From the NCBI RefSeq assembly GCF_009914755.1, contig NC_060931.1: a DNA stretch of 64,000 nt. The stretch is one strand, 5' to 3'. Both the position numbers and the translations under genes were made by a program. The notes under the pieces are model-generated. The model did no database searches. It saw only the letters and a list, made by a program, of their open reading frames with translations, and was not told the DNA's origin. Origin of the DNA: the human T2T-CHM13v2.0 reference genome, Homo sapiens. Positions 62,559-64,000 of the stretch are shown here, in pieces (the stretch's first letter is position 1; each line of letters begins with the position of its first letter).

Positions 62559-63181
62559 CTGGCCGGGGCAGGCGGTACGGTCAGAACGGGGCCAGGGCAG
62601 GGTCGCCCCAAAGCCTCGGGACACCGGGAAGACCACGAGGAACCCAGAGCTCTCAGGGTCGGCCCTGCCAGGGACCAGCGATCCACCCTCAGCAAAGTTC
62701 CCACAGCGGACAAGCACCCCACCAGATGGTCCCCTTAATACAACAGGCTGCCCCACAGGCCTCAGCACTAGCCCACCAGCCACTCCAGTCCTGGCTCCGC
62801 TGTGTCCCACACGACTACCCCAAAGGCTACAGACATTTCCCAGCAAGCCAGGCCACCTGCAGCTTTACTTTCCACTGAATCGTGGCTCCGTCTGGCGGCT
62901 TCTTTCTCACTGTGGACCGCAGCACAGTGGCCCTCTCTCCGCACCCACCCCAGCTCCAGTCTCCAGCATGCCCTTCTTCCCACTTTTCCTCCCTCTTTCC
63001 ATGGGTGCTCGGCTCACAACCTTCCTCCAGACGAGTGCCTGACCCTCCCACATCCTCCGAGGAGCACCAGGGCCAGCACACACCTTTCCTCTCGTCGTGT
63101 TTGCCACTGTTGGATCGGAGGTTTTCTCATTTTCATTCTGATTCTTCTCTGTCCCAACAGTTTTTTAGGACTGTGTTTTTA

Positions 63182-63559
<378 letters not shown>

Positions 63560-64000
63560 TTAACTGCGCCCGGGACAGAGACTTGGAATAAATTTCCTGA
63601 TGCCGAGACAAGCTGGGGGACAAGTGGGCTGCCAGCATGGAGGGACAGCCTGGGACATTTACCACAAATGGCTGGATGCAGCCATCTCTCTGTTTTGCTG
63701 AGAATAATACTATAAAGTGATCTACCACTCAGAATACGCTTTTCATAACCACGTCTCCTCTCATCTTCAAAACCTCCTTTCTACAGGAGGTAGTGCTAAA
63801 GATAAATAAAGCACCGAGCCGCCGGCGGCCGAGAGCCCGGGCCAGGATGAGGCCTGTGGTCTCTGTCTTCAATCCCCACCGGCACCAGCTGCCCAGGGAC
63901 ACGCCTCATGGGAGGTCTGAGGCTCGACCTCCTAAAGCAGTCCCCCAGCTGTGCCATCCTGGGCCGTTTGCCCCCAGGGCTCCCTGATGCCAACTGAGTC

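Overview
GC-rich human genomic DNA. From recalled protein sequences it matches the chr7p22.3 MICALL2-INTS1 locus; no database was searched. Two tandem minus-strand multi-exon genes are present. (1) MICALL2 exons 1-10 (27..21459): ATG at 21459, CH domain, LIM domain and Pro/Ser-rich linker; the 3' end lies outside the window; a CpG/GC-box promoter sits at about 21.2-22.2 kb. (2) INTS1 exons 4-48 (32709..62558): 45 exons, 6224 coding nt, stop TGA at 32709-32711; the 5' end lies outside the window. Splice junctions were traced by hand and are phase-consistent; INTS1 intron 37 needs a GC donor. The rest is Alu, MLT1, L1, L2, MIR and MER relics plus many minisatellites. Almost all long ORFs in the supplied track are GC-rich or repeat artefacts. 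Best leads: tandem repeats that multiply real INTS1 5' splice sites (exons 16, 18, 25), where every decoy gives a premature stop or frameshift; 14 RBFOX (UGCAUG) motifs in MICALL2 intron 9; a duplicated exon-10 acceptor that makes a candidate in-frame 54-nt MICALL2 cassette exon; and an AT-rich, homeodomain-motif-dense element with inverted termini between the genes. No firmly novel system is proven; these are testable hypotheses.
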